From sequence record MT799840.1: DNA of 64,000 nt, one strand, 5' to 3'. The notes below the pieces were generated by a model, which saw only the letters and a list, made by a program, of their open reading frames with translations, was not told the DNA's origin and did no database searches. This document shows, piece by piece, positions 8,069 to 18,102 of the stretch. Positions within the stretch are counted from its first letter, which is position 1. Every line of letters starts with the position of its first letter. Both the position numbers and the translations under genes were made by a program.

Positions 8069-9631
8069 TTAGAACAAATCATCACCCATTCCACCGGTGA
8101 AGAAGTTGATAGACGACGCTGTTACGGTTTCTTCTTTATCACAATCCCAAGGCAGGATGCCTACATCCTGGAAAGGTATCACTGTGTAGTGATAAGATTC
8201 TTTAGTATCGATAATGGTGCGGTGTTTACCGCGTTGAACTTCTAAGAAGCTATGGCCGTTGACCACACGCTTGTTAAAATACATTTCACCATCGGCCTCG
8301 TTGTCAAGGCTCGAACAACTATCGTAAAGACCACGACCAGGTAAGTTCTTACAGAAGCCTACCGGGTCTAACGCTTTTAAGCGCTTACCTTCTGGGGAAA
8401 TCTGGTGTGGGGCAATTAAGAACCCACGGTTGCGTACCACTTGAATGTTACGAGCAATACGATAAATTTCTTTGATATCACTCCCGGCAATACCGTTGCC
8501 GTGTCCTGCTTTGCTGATTGTGCCTAAGTAGTCTGCGCGAATGCCAACAACATGATAACCACGACGACGTAAGTCGAGAATAAGGTCGTTGATGTAGTGC
8601 ACTTTAAAATCGGAGTTGGTGTGCTTTTGGAAAACGTAGTCCCAACCGTTTGCGCGAATCTTACCACAGAGGTAATCAGACATTGCTGTTGTGTGTGCTA
8701 ACTTCTCTTCAGCGGTTGCATCCTGTGCAATGGTCATCTGTGGAACTTGTCCTTCAAAATGACCGTACAGAGCTTGATAGCCGTAAGCTAAGTTAACGTC
8801 GAGTTCGTTTTCTAAACTCAAGTCAAGAATAATTGGTTGCAGTGTGCCCTTCACATCCGCCATTACTTTCTCAGGCGTGTTGAAGATAGGAATCGATAAG
8901 CTCAGTAAGAGACTGAACAAAGACTTACAGTTAAAAGGCAACGCCGGCATCAGCCACAGTTCTTCGGTAATCCCTTTGTTACAACCGAGCATTTGGTTAA
9001 TGGCTTTCCAGCCCGTCTGCAAACCATTACCTGCTGCTTTCTTGTTAATCGAGTCGAACACTTTAACAAACGGAGCCCGATTATCTGTAACCAGCTCACC
9101 GACCAATGATGGAATCTTATTATGAGAGCGTTCACCGAACGTAGATAGCGCCTCTTTGAGTTCGAGCACTGCGGTGTTCAGATCAACACGTGTCTCAGTT
9201 CCATTCAATGCCCCGAACGCGCGACCCATTTTTGTTTTGAGTTCGACGCTCTGTAAACATTGACGTAATTGGAAATAATATTGAGACAGTTGTCGATTAA
9301 GATGCTCGGTACGTTTGTCTTCTTCCTCGGGCAAATCGTCTTCGAGGAATTTGGTAATCGTATCGTATAGAGGACGTACTTGAGTGGTGGCCAGCTTCAA
9401 GCGCTTCATAACGCTCGCGTGGTCGTATTCCATGCCGCCGTCTATGATAGATGTGATAATGTCCTTGATCTCGATGAGTGCAAAGCGCTCTTCGCCATCT
9501 TCCGCATATTCCGGAAGCTTGATCTGCATCAGAACTTTTCTTATGACATCATGATCCTTGCTAGGGTCCGTCAGCATAGATTCTGTATACAGTGCGGCTA
9601 AGGCGGTTATCAACATCATTTTACTATTCAT
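8069..9631 (-). CDS. dnaB: Replicative DnaB-like helicase (phiKZ gp118 family)
   Basis: 520 aa; GLQTGWKAINQMLG, variant Walker A ALPFNCKS, LSLEN, Walker B ADYL, PHQIS and KHR motifs of DnaB; position opposite the capsid operon. Confidence 0.88.
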   Translation of the reverse strand: MNSKMMLITALAALYTESMLTDPSKDHDVIRKVLMQIKLPEYAEDGEERFALIEIKDIITSIIDGGMEYDHASVMKRLKLATTQVRPLYDTITKFLEDDLPEEEDKRTEHLNRQLSQYYFQLRQCLQSVELKTKMGRAFGALNGTETRVDLNTAVLELKEALSTFGERSHNKIPSLVGELVTDNRAPFVKVFDSINKKAAGNGLQTGWKAINQMLGCNKGITEELWLMPALPFNCKSLFSLLLSLSIPIFNTPEKVMADVKGTLQPIILDLSLENELDVNLAYGYQALYGHFEGQVPQMTIAQDATAEEKLAHTTAMSDYLCGKIRANGWDYVFQKHTNSDFKVHYINDLILDLRRRGYHVVGIRADYLGTISKAGHGNGIAGSDIKEIYRIARNIQVVRNRGFLIAPHQISPEGKRLKALDPVGFCKNLPGRGLYDSCSSLDNEADGEMYFNKRVVNGHSFLEVQRGKHRTIIDTKESYHYTVIPFQDVGILPWDCDKEETVTASSINFFTGGMGDDLF

Positions 9632-9645
9632 GGAGCATCCTTAAA

Positions 9646-10170
9646 ATGCAAATTCGTTTTAGTCCACCGTGGGAAGTTCAATCTAACATAGATAAAGGGG
9701 CTGGCGTTAAAAAGTTGGAGGAACTCCAAGCAAGCTTCTTTAACTGGTTATATGACTGCTCGTCGGGCTTTAGTTCCATCATACTGCCAGTGAGTGACCC
9801 TATTTCGATTTATAAATCGATTATGGCACCACCTGCACTTCCGACTCTTTATTATGACCAGGTCTTAAACCTGGTTGAGAAAGGTACGAATGAAACCCTT
9901 GCTGATTTATATGGGGAATCATTCGACGGTCGTTTACGTTGGGTGTTCTCACAACGTGGCGATGTTGTTGTGGCGTCTTTTGCAGAAGCTAAATCCGGAC
10001 CGGGTTTTTCTTTAAGTGAAGACCACGCTGCGAAAAAGATGTTCTGCGCAGAACTTTTTAAATATATGCGTCCCAAGACTCGTGTCGTGGATGATACGTT
10101 CAGTACGTCGACGCAGTTTGCTGCGCACGAAGTGCTGACGCAGTTGTACGCATGTCATTTATCTAAATAA
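9646..10170 (+). CDS. Minor virion protein preceding major capsid (phiKZ gp119-like)
   Basis: ATG 9646 after GGAG; conserved position between DnaB and capsid in phiKZ-like phages. Confidence 0.65.
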   Translation: MQIRFSPPWEVQSNIDKGAGVKKLEELQASFFNWLYDCSSGFSSIILPVSDPISIYKSIMAPPALPTLYYDQVLNLVEKGTNETLADLYGESFDGRLRWVFSQRGDVVVASFAEAKSGPGFSLSEDHAAKKMFCAELFKYMRPKTRVVDDTFSTSTQFAAHEVLTQLYACHLSK

Positions 10171-10182
10171 GGTAAACTTGAA

Positions 10183-12483
10183 ATGAAAGATACCCGTATC
10201 GCTAGTCTGGACCAGCTGGTTCAGCAGGGCAATGCTCTGGTCGCTGCTGCCAAGGCAGGCTCTTCCGCTAATGACGTATGGCAAACCGTAGCCGTTGGCG
10301 AATCTGTACGTAAAAATGCTGCCGGCTTCACCAACCTGCGTGACACTGCTCAGCAGCACTACGAAGCTGTAAACCCTGGCAAAACCATGAGCCACGCTGC
10401 TCAGGTTGCTTCTGCGATGATTCTGGCTGCTGCTGGTCACGAAGATGACTTCATGACCCGTGTTGCTGCTGAGAGCGCGAAGCCGGAATACGCCAGCTAT
10501 ATGCCGATCGCTATTTCTGGTGCAGCATCTCTGGCTGCTGACTACGGTAAAACTCCGCTGGTCGCAACCGAATACTACACCAACAAAGACCTGGACAAAA
10601 ACCTGGGTCTGACCTGGACGCTGAACGTGCGTGCTCTGGAAACTCAATCCAAGTTTGCAGAAACCCTGTTCCCGACCATCACTGTGGACACCAACGACGT
10701 CGGCATCACCGTTCGTACCAAAGTTACTACTGTAACTCGTGGTATCCTGAACGCCCTGCTGACCAAAGACGTGGTTGAAGACAACCGTCAGCCGCTGCAT
10801 AACGCGCTGTCTAACCACAAAGTCCTGCAGGACGATGCTATCCGTATCGTACCTTACGTGATGGAAACCGGTGAGAACGCGAAGTTCTTCGTATCCGAAG
10901 ACATCATCGAAAACGAAAACGTTCAGCTGGGTCGTGTGCCGGCGTATCCGACCAACTACCTGAGCTTCTCTGAACGTCGTCTGAACCTGTTCCAGCTGTC
11001 TGCCCATCCGGGTATCGTGCAGGAAGGTTACGATGAAACCGACGAAATCGCACCGGGTGCAGCGCTGGGTAGCCTGCTGCTGTCTGTGCGTAAGCCGACT
11101 GAAGAAGCGAAAGATGGCGCGCTGATCAAACTGAACGTACGCGACATGCAGTTCGCTACCTTCCAGCGTCCTCCTGAAGGTGATGGCCGTGAGCTGGTCC
11201 TGCAGTTCCGTCGCACTGTGTTCTCCCTGAACGCCAAGTCCCTGGACTGGAAAGGTGCTGAAATCCCGGCACTGGCCGCTCTGGCACAGAACGATTACAC
11301 CATTCGTTATTCCATGAACATCAGCATGTCTCTGTTCACCAACGGTCAGTTCTCTGGTCGTGTTGACGTGACTGCACCGTCTCTGGAAATCGAAGGTCTG
11401 TACGACGCAACTGGTACTGCTGTTGATATCGAAAGCGGCACCGGCAAAGTCATCATCGACAACCTGAAACTGGAGCTGCTGGGCTGGCGCTTCGACGGTA
11501 CTCGTACCAACGAGAACCGGAGAACCCAGGGCCTTCTGCTCGACCCGATTTGGGAACAAGAGAACTACAAACTGCAGTACGGTTCTCCGATCATGACCAA
11601 ATCTCCGGTTGGCGTTGAATACGACGACACCGAACGTCTGGACGACCTCGTTTCTGCGGTTAACATCCGTAACGAAATGCTGGCTATCACTCAGACTCTG
11701 TCTTACACCGAAGCGGTTAAGAACGCAGCTGCGTCCATGATCACTCCGTGGGACAAACCTGCTATCCGCGGCCTGGGCCGTCACTGGGTTGCTCCGTGGT
11801 ACAGCGAAAGCGACTACGAAGTGGACAAAGTGATCCAGTCTCTGGATACCAAAGATGCGCTCATCAACGCCCGTCAGGGTCTGGTACAGCGTATCGGTGA
11901 CCAGGTAACTCGTGCTATCCAGGACTCTCGCTTCATGCCGGCTCTGCGCCTGCTGACTGCGGACCCGAACGCACTGCCGAAAGTTGTTATCGCAACTGAT
12001 GAACCGACTGCTGCAATGCTGCTGCTGGTTCAGGGTGACCAGCGTCTGCTGGGCGATCGCTACGAGTACGAAGTTATCACCACCAACGATGACCGCTGGC
12101 GTGTGAAGAACGAAGCTGACGGCAGCTGGACTCGTCGCCTGCAGTGGGTTCTGAAAGTTCCAACCGCTGATGACGGTTCTTACTGTGTTCTGAACTGGGG
12201 TAACCACTTCTGGTCTCCGATCATGGTAACCAACATCAACATCCAGCGTAACGGCGCTACCAGCAAAGAGCTGGCAGTACAGCCTCGTAACGCGCACATC
12301 TGCCACTGCCCGATCACTGGTCTGATCTGGATTAAAGGTATCACCAAGTTCGTGGAAGAGAAACTGGCGTTCAACGTCACTACTACTTCCAACGGCACCG
12401 GCGGTACTAACGGTGGTAATGCTGGTGATGTTGGCGGCGGTGCTACCCAGCCAGGTACTGGCGGTGAAGGCGCTGGCGGCTAA
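10183..12483 (+). CDS. Major capsid protein (phiKZ gp120/SPN3US gp75 family)
   Basis: 766 aa, extreme highly-expressed codon bias, Ala-rich propeptide ending in A-T-E at residue 130, Gly-rich tail, strong terminator. Confidence 0.93.
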   Translation: MKDTRIASLDQLVQQGNALVAAAKAGSSANDVWQTVAVGESVRKNAAGFTNLRDTAQQHYEAVNPGKTMSHAAQVASAMILAAAGHEDDFMTRVAAESAKPEYASYMPIAISGAASLAADYGKTPLVATEYYTNKDLDKNLGLTWTLNVRALETQSKFAETLFPTITVDTNDVGITVRTKVTTVTRGILNALLTKDVVEDNRQPLHNALSNHKVLQDDAIRIVPYVMETGENAKFFVSEDIIENENVQLGRVPAYPTNYLSFSERRLNLFQLSAHPGIVQEGYDETDEIAPGAALGSLLLSVRKPTEEAKDGALIKLNVRDMQFATFQRPPEGDGRELVLQFRRTVFSLNAKSLDWKGAEIPALAALAQNDYTIRYSMNISMSLFTNGQFSGRVDVTAPSLEIEGLYDATGTAVDIESGTGKVIIDNLKLELLGWRFDGTRTNENRRTQGLLLDPIWEQENYKLQYGSPIMTKSPVGVEYDDTERLDDLVSAVNIRNEMLAITQTLSYTEAVKNAAASMITPWDKPAIRGLGRHWVAPWYSESDYEVDKVIQSLDTKDALINARQGLVQRIGDQVTRAIQDSRFMPALRLLTADPNALPKVVIATDEPTAAMLLLVQGDQRLLGDRYEYEVITTNDDRWRVKNEADGSWTRRLQWVLKVPTADDGSYCVLNWGNHFWSPIMVTNINIQRNGATSKELAVQPRNAHICHCPITGLIWIKGITKFVEEKLAFNVTTTSNGTGGTNGGNAGDVGGGATQPGTGGEGAGG

Positions 12484-12513
12484 TAATCCGTAAGGATTAC
12501 GTTGCCTAAGATT

Positions 12514-12551
12514 AGCTTACTCCCTTCGGGGAGTAAGCTTTTTCTTTTTTT
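12514..12551 (+). terminator. Intrinsic terminator after major capsid gene
   Basis: AGCTTACTCCC-TTCG-GGGAGTAAGCT + T-tract; preceded by TAATCC-GTAA-GGATTA hairpin. Confidence 0.9.
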
Positions 12552-12559
12552 CTAAAAAT

Positions 12560-12588
12560 TTATAGATAGATATTATCTTAGGGAGAGA
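12560..12588 (+). promoter_or_regulatory. Variant early-type promoter
   Basis: TTATAGATAGATATTATCTTAGGGAGAG. Confidence 0.6.
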
Positions 12589-12618
12589 GTCATTCGGTTT
12601 TAACTTAAGGAGACAGTA

Positions 12619-12816
12619 ATGGATATCGTTTTAGAGAAATCAAAACTGTCCGCACCAATGTTTGACGGTGCTGGATTTATGGTTCGTACGCACAGGGATA
12701 ACTCGTGGGCCACAAGTTTCGGGGGCGATGCTGACGTTCCTGTAGATAGCCAGACGTCTAATACCCTAAAGTTTTTTACGTTACGGGCACTGGGTATGAA
12801 CCCGTGCCCAAAGTAA
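12619..12816 (+). CDS. Small hypothetical protein
   Basis: 65 aa with strong SD TAAGGAG, between two early-type promoter motifs. Confidence 0.5.
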   Translation: MDIVLEKSKLSAPMFDGAGFMVRTHRDNSWATSFGGDADVPVDSQTSNTLKFFTLRALGMNPCPK

Positions 12817-12842
12817 TCTGAGATAGATATTATCTACGTGAA
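12817..12842 (+). promoter_or_regulatory. Variant early-type promoter
   Basis: TCTGAGATAGATATTATCTACGTGAA upstream of the nvRNAP-containing operon. Confidence 0.55.
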
Positions 12843-12874
12843 TAATTCTTTTGGTATTATTACTGGGATGCTCA

Positions 12875-13879
12875 ATGAACCGTTATGATTTAGACGTTCA
12901 GCCAACGCTAACCCAGCGGCCCATGCACCGTGGTGCCGTGTCGAAGACTATCACGTACGAAAATAATACCGGGTTTCCCATATACGTCACTGAACTCAGT
13001 GGCGGGCATTTTGTTTTAGCCCCGTCGTCCACCACAGCGGCGGAATTTGGGATTGTGATTTACGTGACCTATACGGTGTTTGCGAACGGTGCGAACTTAT
13101 CTGGTTTGCGCGACGCGCATTCGCCAAAGCAGTATGCGCAGATATGTAAGGAATTAACTACGAACGGCGAAACAACGCTGATGTATGTAGTTGATGATAT
13201 CGGTGCGTTAATGCGAGGCGACTTGGTGGTGTTGAAGAAGCTAGGAATGGCTTTCTCTACTCAACCAGTAAAACTCGATTCTGAGGTTATTGGTAAGCCA
13301 GGAGGGGATCGTAAAGAATTTGCCTTGGGCGTGGTAGTTGTGCAGAAGTACGAAGACCCAGCACCTTTAAAGTGGCTGAGGTTCTATACAACGATGTTGG
13401 AAGTCGAACCGATTCGATCGAAGTATTACGACGAGGGTATTTACATGGTAATCGGTGGTGCGGAGTGTGTCGAAGGGGGTAAAATGATAATGTACTCTTT
13501 CGATGACCCGATGTCCCCGTTCCGGGCCTTTACATCTGAAGATGAAGCGAGGCGTTATCGGTGGCTCGATAACATTCCAGAGTTGCGAGATGTTCGTGCG
13601 AAGCTGGAAGCCACGTATCAGGCCAAGTTGCAAGATCTCGATGAGAAAAAGAATCGGCAAGACCTCGATTATCGTACGCAACTTAATAATTTGGCGCTGG
13701 AGAAGGAGAGGATTAACACCCTTAACACAATCCAGACGAATGAGCTTAAGTTGCGTTCCGATGTTCGTAAAGACCAATACGAGTCCCGAGCTTATCAGCG
13801 AAAAGATAGCTCGGAGTTCTTGAAATCCATTCCCGCGTATTTGGCTGCAGGGGTAGCGCTCGTTGGGATGATTCTCTGA
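12875..13879 (+). CDS. Conserved hypothetical protein with coiled coil and C-terminal hydrophobic tail
   Basis: ATG 12875; heptad-rich C-terminal third; ends IPAYLAAGVALVGMIL; coupled to next gene. Confidence 0.7.
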   Translation: MNRYDLDVQPTLTQRPMHRGAVSKTITYENNTGFPIYVTELSGGHFVLAPSSTTAAEFGIVIYVTYTVFANGANLSGLRDAHSPKQYAQICKELTTNGETTLMYVVDDIGALMRGDLVVLKKLGMAFSTQPVKLDSEVIGKPGGDRKEFALGVVVVQKYEDPAPLKWLRFYTTMLEVEPIRSKYYDEGIYMVIGGAECVEGGKMIMYSFDDPMSPFRAFTSEDEARRYRWLDNIPELRDVRAKLEATYQAKLQDLDEKKNRQDLDYRTQLNNLALEKERINTLNTIQTNELKLRSDVRKDQYESRAYQRKDSSEFLKSIPAYLAAGVALVGMIL

Positions 13880-15669
13880 TGGAGGCCGGTGTGTTTAAAG
13901 ATGCGATTAGGAAGATTAAAGAGGCAGGCGAAATAGTGCCTTTTAATCGTGCAATTGCAGAAGGAGTTGGGTACACACAAGCTAAAGATGGGATACATGA
14001 TCGTGTGGCAACCATTCTACGTCGTGAGCTGACGTACGATGAAATTGATAACCCGAAATTACCAGAAGGGTTAACGGTGTTAGGTTGTCGTCAGATGTCC
14101 CCGTTTGAAGCTTTTATCTTTAAGTTATCGAAGTCGGATAACAATTCACGAAATAATCGTGGCCGGTCAATTATTAACATCTCATCCACTGACACGTATA
14201 TGGTAATGGCCTCGTTCCGAGTTCCAGGTGATCCTCGCCCGGTACAACGTCCAATGAGCCTGCCATTTATTCGTCGTGGCGGCTTAATGAACTACTATGG
14301 TACAACGTACCACGTAGCACCTGTAATCCATCAACCTGGTATATGTCGTGAGCACGGTGGTATCTTTATTAACTTTGACTTCACTCGCAAGGTGTCTATC
14401 AAGTTCTGTAAGAAACCAACGAAGATTCTGGTGAATGGTCGCCCTGAGCAGCTGTTCTTGCCAGGTACATCGAATCTGTTTGTCTCAACTGGACAGATTG
14501 GACACGACACCGATGAGAAGCCACTGATGTATTGGCTCTTTGGGCGTTATGGCTTTAAACAAGCCGTGAAGCGTTATGCGGGCATTGATGTGGCGATTTG
14601 GCCGGCAATTAAAGTACGTGATGTGGACTTAACGAAGTATGTTGTGATTCAATCCGGTGAGCCACAACTCGCGAAGACCATCCAGTACGTGCTGTTGGTT
14701 AAACGTGAAGATATGCCTAACACCGATGCAGGGCGTTGGGATCAGAATGAACATCTGTTGCTGGTAGCGACTGCGGCATTCTTCAAAGCGGCGCACTACT
14801 ACGCAGGTAAACAGAACAGTAAGAACGGTCGTGCACCAACACTACCGGGGCTGTTTACACAGATTAATGAAATGGCAATGGACGAAGATATTGCAAACCT
14901 CAACTCTGCAGCGTCTTGGCGTGAAGTGTTGGGCCGCAGTATTCGCGGACTGAAGCCTTCGGATATCGAACTGAGTCGCAGCATGGACAGCCATTTCCAG
15001 GAATGTGAACGCTATGTCAACAGTACCTTCCGTGGTGAGCTGATGGCAAACGATCCGTCCATCCCTGATGATTTGGATATGTTTGATTTCCTCTGGTATA
15101 CCACGCAGCTGATGGTACGTACTCGACTTACCAAGCAAGATGATATTCCGTCTATGTACGGAAAACGTCTCACGGTAACCGATTACCTGTTGTTGGGTCA
15201 ACGTGGCTTTACCACAACGATCTCGAAAATACGTTGGAAGCTGGGGCAGTTGGAACATCGGACTCCAGAGACAGCGGCGAAGTCTATTCGAGACGCACTG
15301 AACAAACAGATCGTGCTCAATCTGGTGATGCGCACCATTACGAGCAACGGCGGTATCAGTTTCTTCAATGCCTCTACAGAATCAATGGTATTGGCAGTGT
15401 CTACGCACGCCATCGGTCAAACCGAAACCGATGCTAAGCGTTCGAAGAAAGGAGGCAAGACCGTTAACTTGAACGACCGTACTAAGCACGCATCTGCGTC
15501 GCATCTGGAATGTGGTAACGTCTACTATATTCCTAAGTCGGCACCGTTTAAGGCAAACATCCTCAACCCGTACATGAAGACCAACCCAAGTTTGGTAATG
15601 ATGCGGAATCCTAAACTGGACCCGTACATCAGACCGACCGAAGAAGACATTGCTAAAATCGGCCGCTAA
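13879..15669 (+). CDS. Non-virion RNA polymerase subunit, beta N-terminal part (phiKZ gp123-like)
   Basis: LPFIRRGGLMNYYGTTYHV resembles beta region B; ASHLECGNVYYIPKSAP resembles region D; known position downstream of capsid. Confidence 0.85.
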   Translation: MEAGVFKDAIRKIKEAGEIVPFNRAIAEGVGYTQAKDGIHDRVATILRRELTYDEIDNPKLPEGLTVLGCRQMSPFEAFIFKLSKSDNNSRNNRGRSIINISSTDTYMVMASFRVPGDPRPVQRPMSLPFIRRGGLMNYYGTTYHVAPVIHQPGICREHGGIFINFDFTRKVSIKFCKKPTKILVNGRPEQLFLPGTSNLFVSTGQIGHDTDEKPLMYWLFGRYGFKQAVKRYAGIDVAIWPAIKVRDVDLTKYVVIQSGEPQLAKTIQYVLLVKREDMPNTDAGRWDQNEHLLLVATAAFFKAAHYYAGKQNSKNGRAPTLPGLFTQINEMAMDEDIANLNSAASWREVLGRSIRGLKPSDIELSRSMDSHFQECERYVNSTFRGELMANDPSIPDDLDMFDFLWYTTQLMVRTRLTKQDDIPSMYGKRLTVTDYLLLGQRGFTTTISKIRWKLGQLEHRTPETAAKSIRDALNKQIVLNLVMRTITSNGGISFFNASTESMVLAVSTHAIGQTETDAKRSKKGGKTVNLNDRTKHASASHLECGNVYYIPKSAPFKANILNPYMKTNPSLVMMRNPKLDPYIRPTEEDIAKIGR

Positions 15670-15700
15670 TTATTACATCTCTTAAGGAGTATTACTTACA

Positions 15701-17371
15701 ATGAGCATTACTGTTGAACAAATCAAAAACGTCATCGTTAAACACCTCGATCAGGACGCGGTACTGTCGCAGTTGAATAACGTGATGCGTAGTCGTAGCA
15801 TTCCGCCAGATCAGGCGTTAAAGATTGCGACGTATGTTGCGGCATGGGCAGCATCCAAAGGGGGTAGTGAAGCACAGGTTATCGCATATGCAGTCGATGC
15901 GTATAAAGCAGCTGCCTATCAGCAGGTACATAACGCAGGCGACGCGTATAACGACGATCGTCACACCAAACTGGTTAATGCTTGGGAACAAGTCGGTAAG
16001 ATTCTTGCCGAAATTCGTTCTCAGCAGTCTGGCGGTTTGGGTGGCAGTGGTGGTTTAGGTGGTGGTAGCAACGCAGGTGGGTTACTGGGCGGTAACAGTT
16101 CTGGCGGTGTTCGTGTTACTGATGGCCTGACCATGTCTTCTGCGCCATCTGGTGGTGTTAAGATTGGTAACACAGATGCGGCACTAACCGTGATTGCTGG
16201 CGGTGAAGGTCTTAACCTGGTCAATGATCCTATTCTGAACCCACAACCGGCGCAAGTAGCCCCAGCACAACAGCCCCGGCCTGAACCAGCACCGGTGCCT
16301 GTACAACCAATGCCGGTGTCTAATGCTACAGTTAATAACCCAGTGCTTTCCCCACTCGGCGCAACAGAAGAAACCGAGAAGGACACTATCAATGGCCCAA
16401 TTAACAACATTCTGCAGGAGATTGATTTGATGGAAGACTACGCACTTCACGAGCTGAAAACCCCCGAGCTTAAAATGTCGATTCCAGCGAAGGAAGCTAA
16501 CAGTCGCATTAAGCAATCTGTTTACGCGGAAACGCGTGATTGGGCTACACCGTTGCAAGATATCTTTAACGGTAATGAAGAGGTTGTTTTCTACGACGGG
16601 GCTGACCTGATTGTGCGTGCACGGGATAGTTATCGCGCGTATCTGGTCGGTGTTAACACTGACATGTGCGAACGCATGAAACAATTCGTTGCTAAGCACG
16701 ATGCGCTGAAATCCGATCTCGACAACCTGGCACTGGTAGAAGATGTTGAAACTATCATGGCTAAGGTGAAGCGTACGATCGATGAACTGCGTAAGAACAC
16801 GAAAGAACTGCACGAATATGCGATTGCGAACAGCAGCGAAGCAGAAGTGGTTATCAGTGAAATTTCTCGCTTTGCTAATGCGTATCTGGCAAACATCACG
16901 TTCCTAGTACACAATGCGTTATCGCTGGGCACTAAGCGCGGTAAAGATGTGCCGAAGTTCAAAGCTATCGATTTCGAACGGAAAATCAGCGATATTGATT
17001 TCTTCGTAAAAGATCTGTTCACAGCAACCGCTGGCGACAACGGCGTAAGTGAATATGAAGACTGGTTCCGTGACCTGTTCCTGATGGTAGCGAACTCTCT
17101 GCGCAAACTGACTATCAAGCTGAGCGATTCTGGCAAGGTGGTTAATCTGATTCAGAGCCAGTTCACCGTCGTGATTCCAGGCATGTACCATTCTGTTGAT
17201 AAACACGACGTAGTTACGGTAGCGTCTCTGGGCAATACCGCAGACCCGGTTGTGTCTATCTACGAAGCAGTACAGGAAAACGTGCCACATGCAATTGTGT
17301 TAATGCAGCTGCCGCAGCGCACCTACCTGCTTCTGAGCAATGGTGAGAAAACTGCACCAGTGTTGTACTAA
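15701..17371 (+). CDS. Conserved hypothetical protein with Gly- and Pro-rich linkers
   Basis: 556 aa, SD TAAGGAG, terminator after. Confidence 0.75.
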   Translation: MSITVEQIKNVIVKHLDQDAVLSQLNNVMRSRSIPPDQALKIATYVAAWAASKGGSEAQVIAYAVDAYKAAAYQQVHNAGDAYNDDRHTKLVNAWEQVGKILAEIRSQQSGGLGGSGGLGGGSNAGGLLGGNSSGGVRVTDGLTMSSAPSGGVKIGNTDAALTVIAGGEGLNLVNDPILNPQPAQVAPAQQPRPEPAPVPVQPMPVSNATVNNPVLSPLGATEETEKDTINGPINNILQEIDLMEDYALHELKTPELKMSIPAKEANSRIKQSVYAETRDWATPLQDIFNGNEEVVFYDGADLIVRARDSYRAYLVGVNTDMCERMKQFVAKHDALKSDLDNLALVEDVETIMAKVKRTIDELRKNTKELHEYAIANSSEAEVVISEISRFANAYLANITFLVHNALSLGTKRGKDVPKFKAIDFERKISDIDFFVKDLFTATAGDNGVSEYEDWFRDLFLMVANSLRKLTIKLSDSGKVVNLIQSQFTVVIPGMYHSVDKHDVVTVASLGNTADPVVSIYEAVQENVPHAIVLMQLPQRTYLLLSNGEKTAPVLY

Positions 17372-17378
17372 GTAATAC

Positions 17379-17411
17379 GGAGACCTTCGGGTCTCCTATT
17401 ATTATTTTTTA
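17379..17411 (+). terminator. Intrinsic terminator
   Basis: GGAGACC-TTCG-GGTCTCC + T-rich tail. Confidence 0.8.
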
Positions 17412-17436
17412 TTCTATCGTGAAAAGGAGTATTAAA

Positions 17437-17703
17437 ATGTCTAGTGTTGAAGCAGTAATCTATTTTGAAAACGATGGGGTTGCAGGGTGTGGCTTCCCGA
17501 AGACAACAGGGGTTAAATCTCTGTTGGCAAAGTATAAAGAAGAGCTTAAGAAAACGGCAGGGCAGAATCCTGGCGTGCCACTGCGTAGTGTTTTTCCTGA
17601 GATGGAGAAGGCCGCAAAAACTGATCCGGTGTTGGGTATGTTCTGCGGGATGATCAAAGAGCGATTCCCTGACATTGATAAGTACCACATTACGCTGGTG
17701 TAA
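17437..17703 (+). CDS. Hypothetical protein
   Basis: SD AAGGAG before ATG 17437. Confidence 0.6.
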   Translation: MSSVEAVIYFENDGVAGCGFPKTTGVKSLLAKYKEELKKTAGQNPGVPLRSVFPEMEKAAKTDPVLGMFCGMIKERFPDIDKYHITLV

Positions 17704-17737
17704 TTATTATAGAGTAGCTCTATAATGAGGTTCGAGC

Positions 17738-18040
17738 ATGGTAAAGTTCATTGTTGTCAACATGGATTTTGAGCGTAGTGTGCGTTTTCGCTTTGAGTTA
17801 CCTGAAAACAAAGCGACTGAAGCTTTCTTAGCCGACTTCCACAAAGCCAAAACAGCGATCAATCATGGACGTCGCTGGCAAATCTTCTATAACGCCCGTA
17901 AAGGCCTCCTGAAGGCGTTAAAAGCAGCAAAGGATACAAAGGTATTGGAAAAGCTAGAACCTTTCCAGAACGACCCTCTGGCGATTGGTATCATGCTCGA
18001 CGAACTGGTTAATAAACCTAAAGCTGCTACAGAAGATTAA
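17738..18040 (+). CDS. Hypothetical protein
   Basis: 100 aa, SD GAGG, ends at bidirectional terminator. Confidence 0.6.
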   Translation: MVKFIVVNMDFERSVRFRFELPENKATEAFLADFHKAKTAINHGRRWQIFYNARKGLLKALKAAKDTKVLEKLEPFQNDPLAIGIMLDELVNKPKAATED

Positions 18041-18101
18041 AAAAGAAAAGGTACCTCTCCCCGAAGGGAGAGGTAAACCTTATTTCTTTTTCTTTTTTTT
18101 G
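18039..18101. terminator. Bidirectional terminator between convergent genes
   Basis: A-tract, ACCTCTCCC-CGAA-GGGAGAGGT, T-tract. Confidence 0.85.
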
Positions 18102-18102
18102 T

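Noticed and set aside
10159-12306. 715-aa minus-strand ORF antisense to the capsid gene
   Set aside because: Shadow ORF expected from the capsid gene's strong codon bias, which removes stops in the mirror frame; no SD and no protein-like composition.
13879-15669. Intron or intein in the RNAP subunit
   Set aside because: Continuous ORF of expected size, with no homing-endonuclease or intein splice motifs seen.
16021-17290. Several overlapping minus-strand ORFs (up to 209 aa)
   Set aside because: Antisense shadows of the 15701 gene, lacking SDs; the same applies to the other short antisense ORFs in the track.
17706-17726. 9-bp stem ATTATAGAG-tag-CTCTATAAT before an SD
   Set aside because: Single AT-rich occurrence with no matching copy in the window; insufficient support for an operator.
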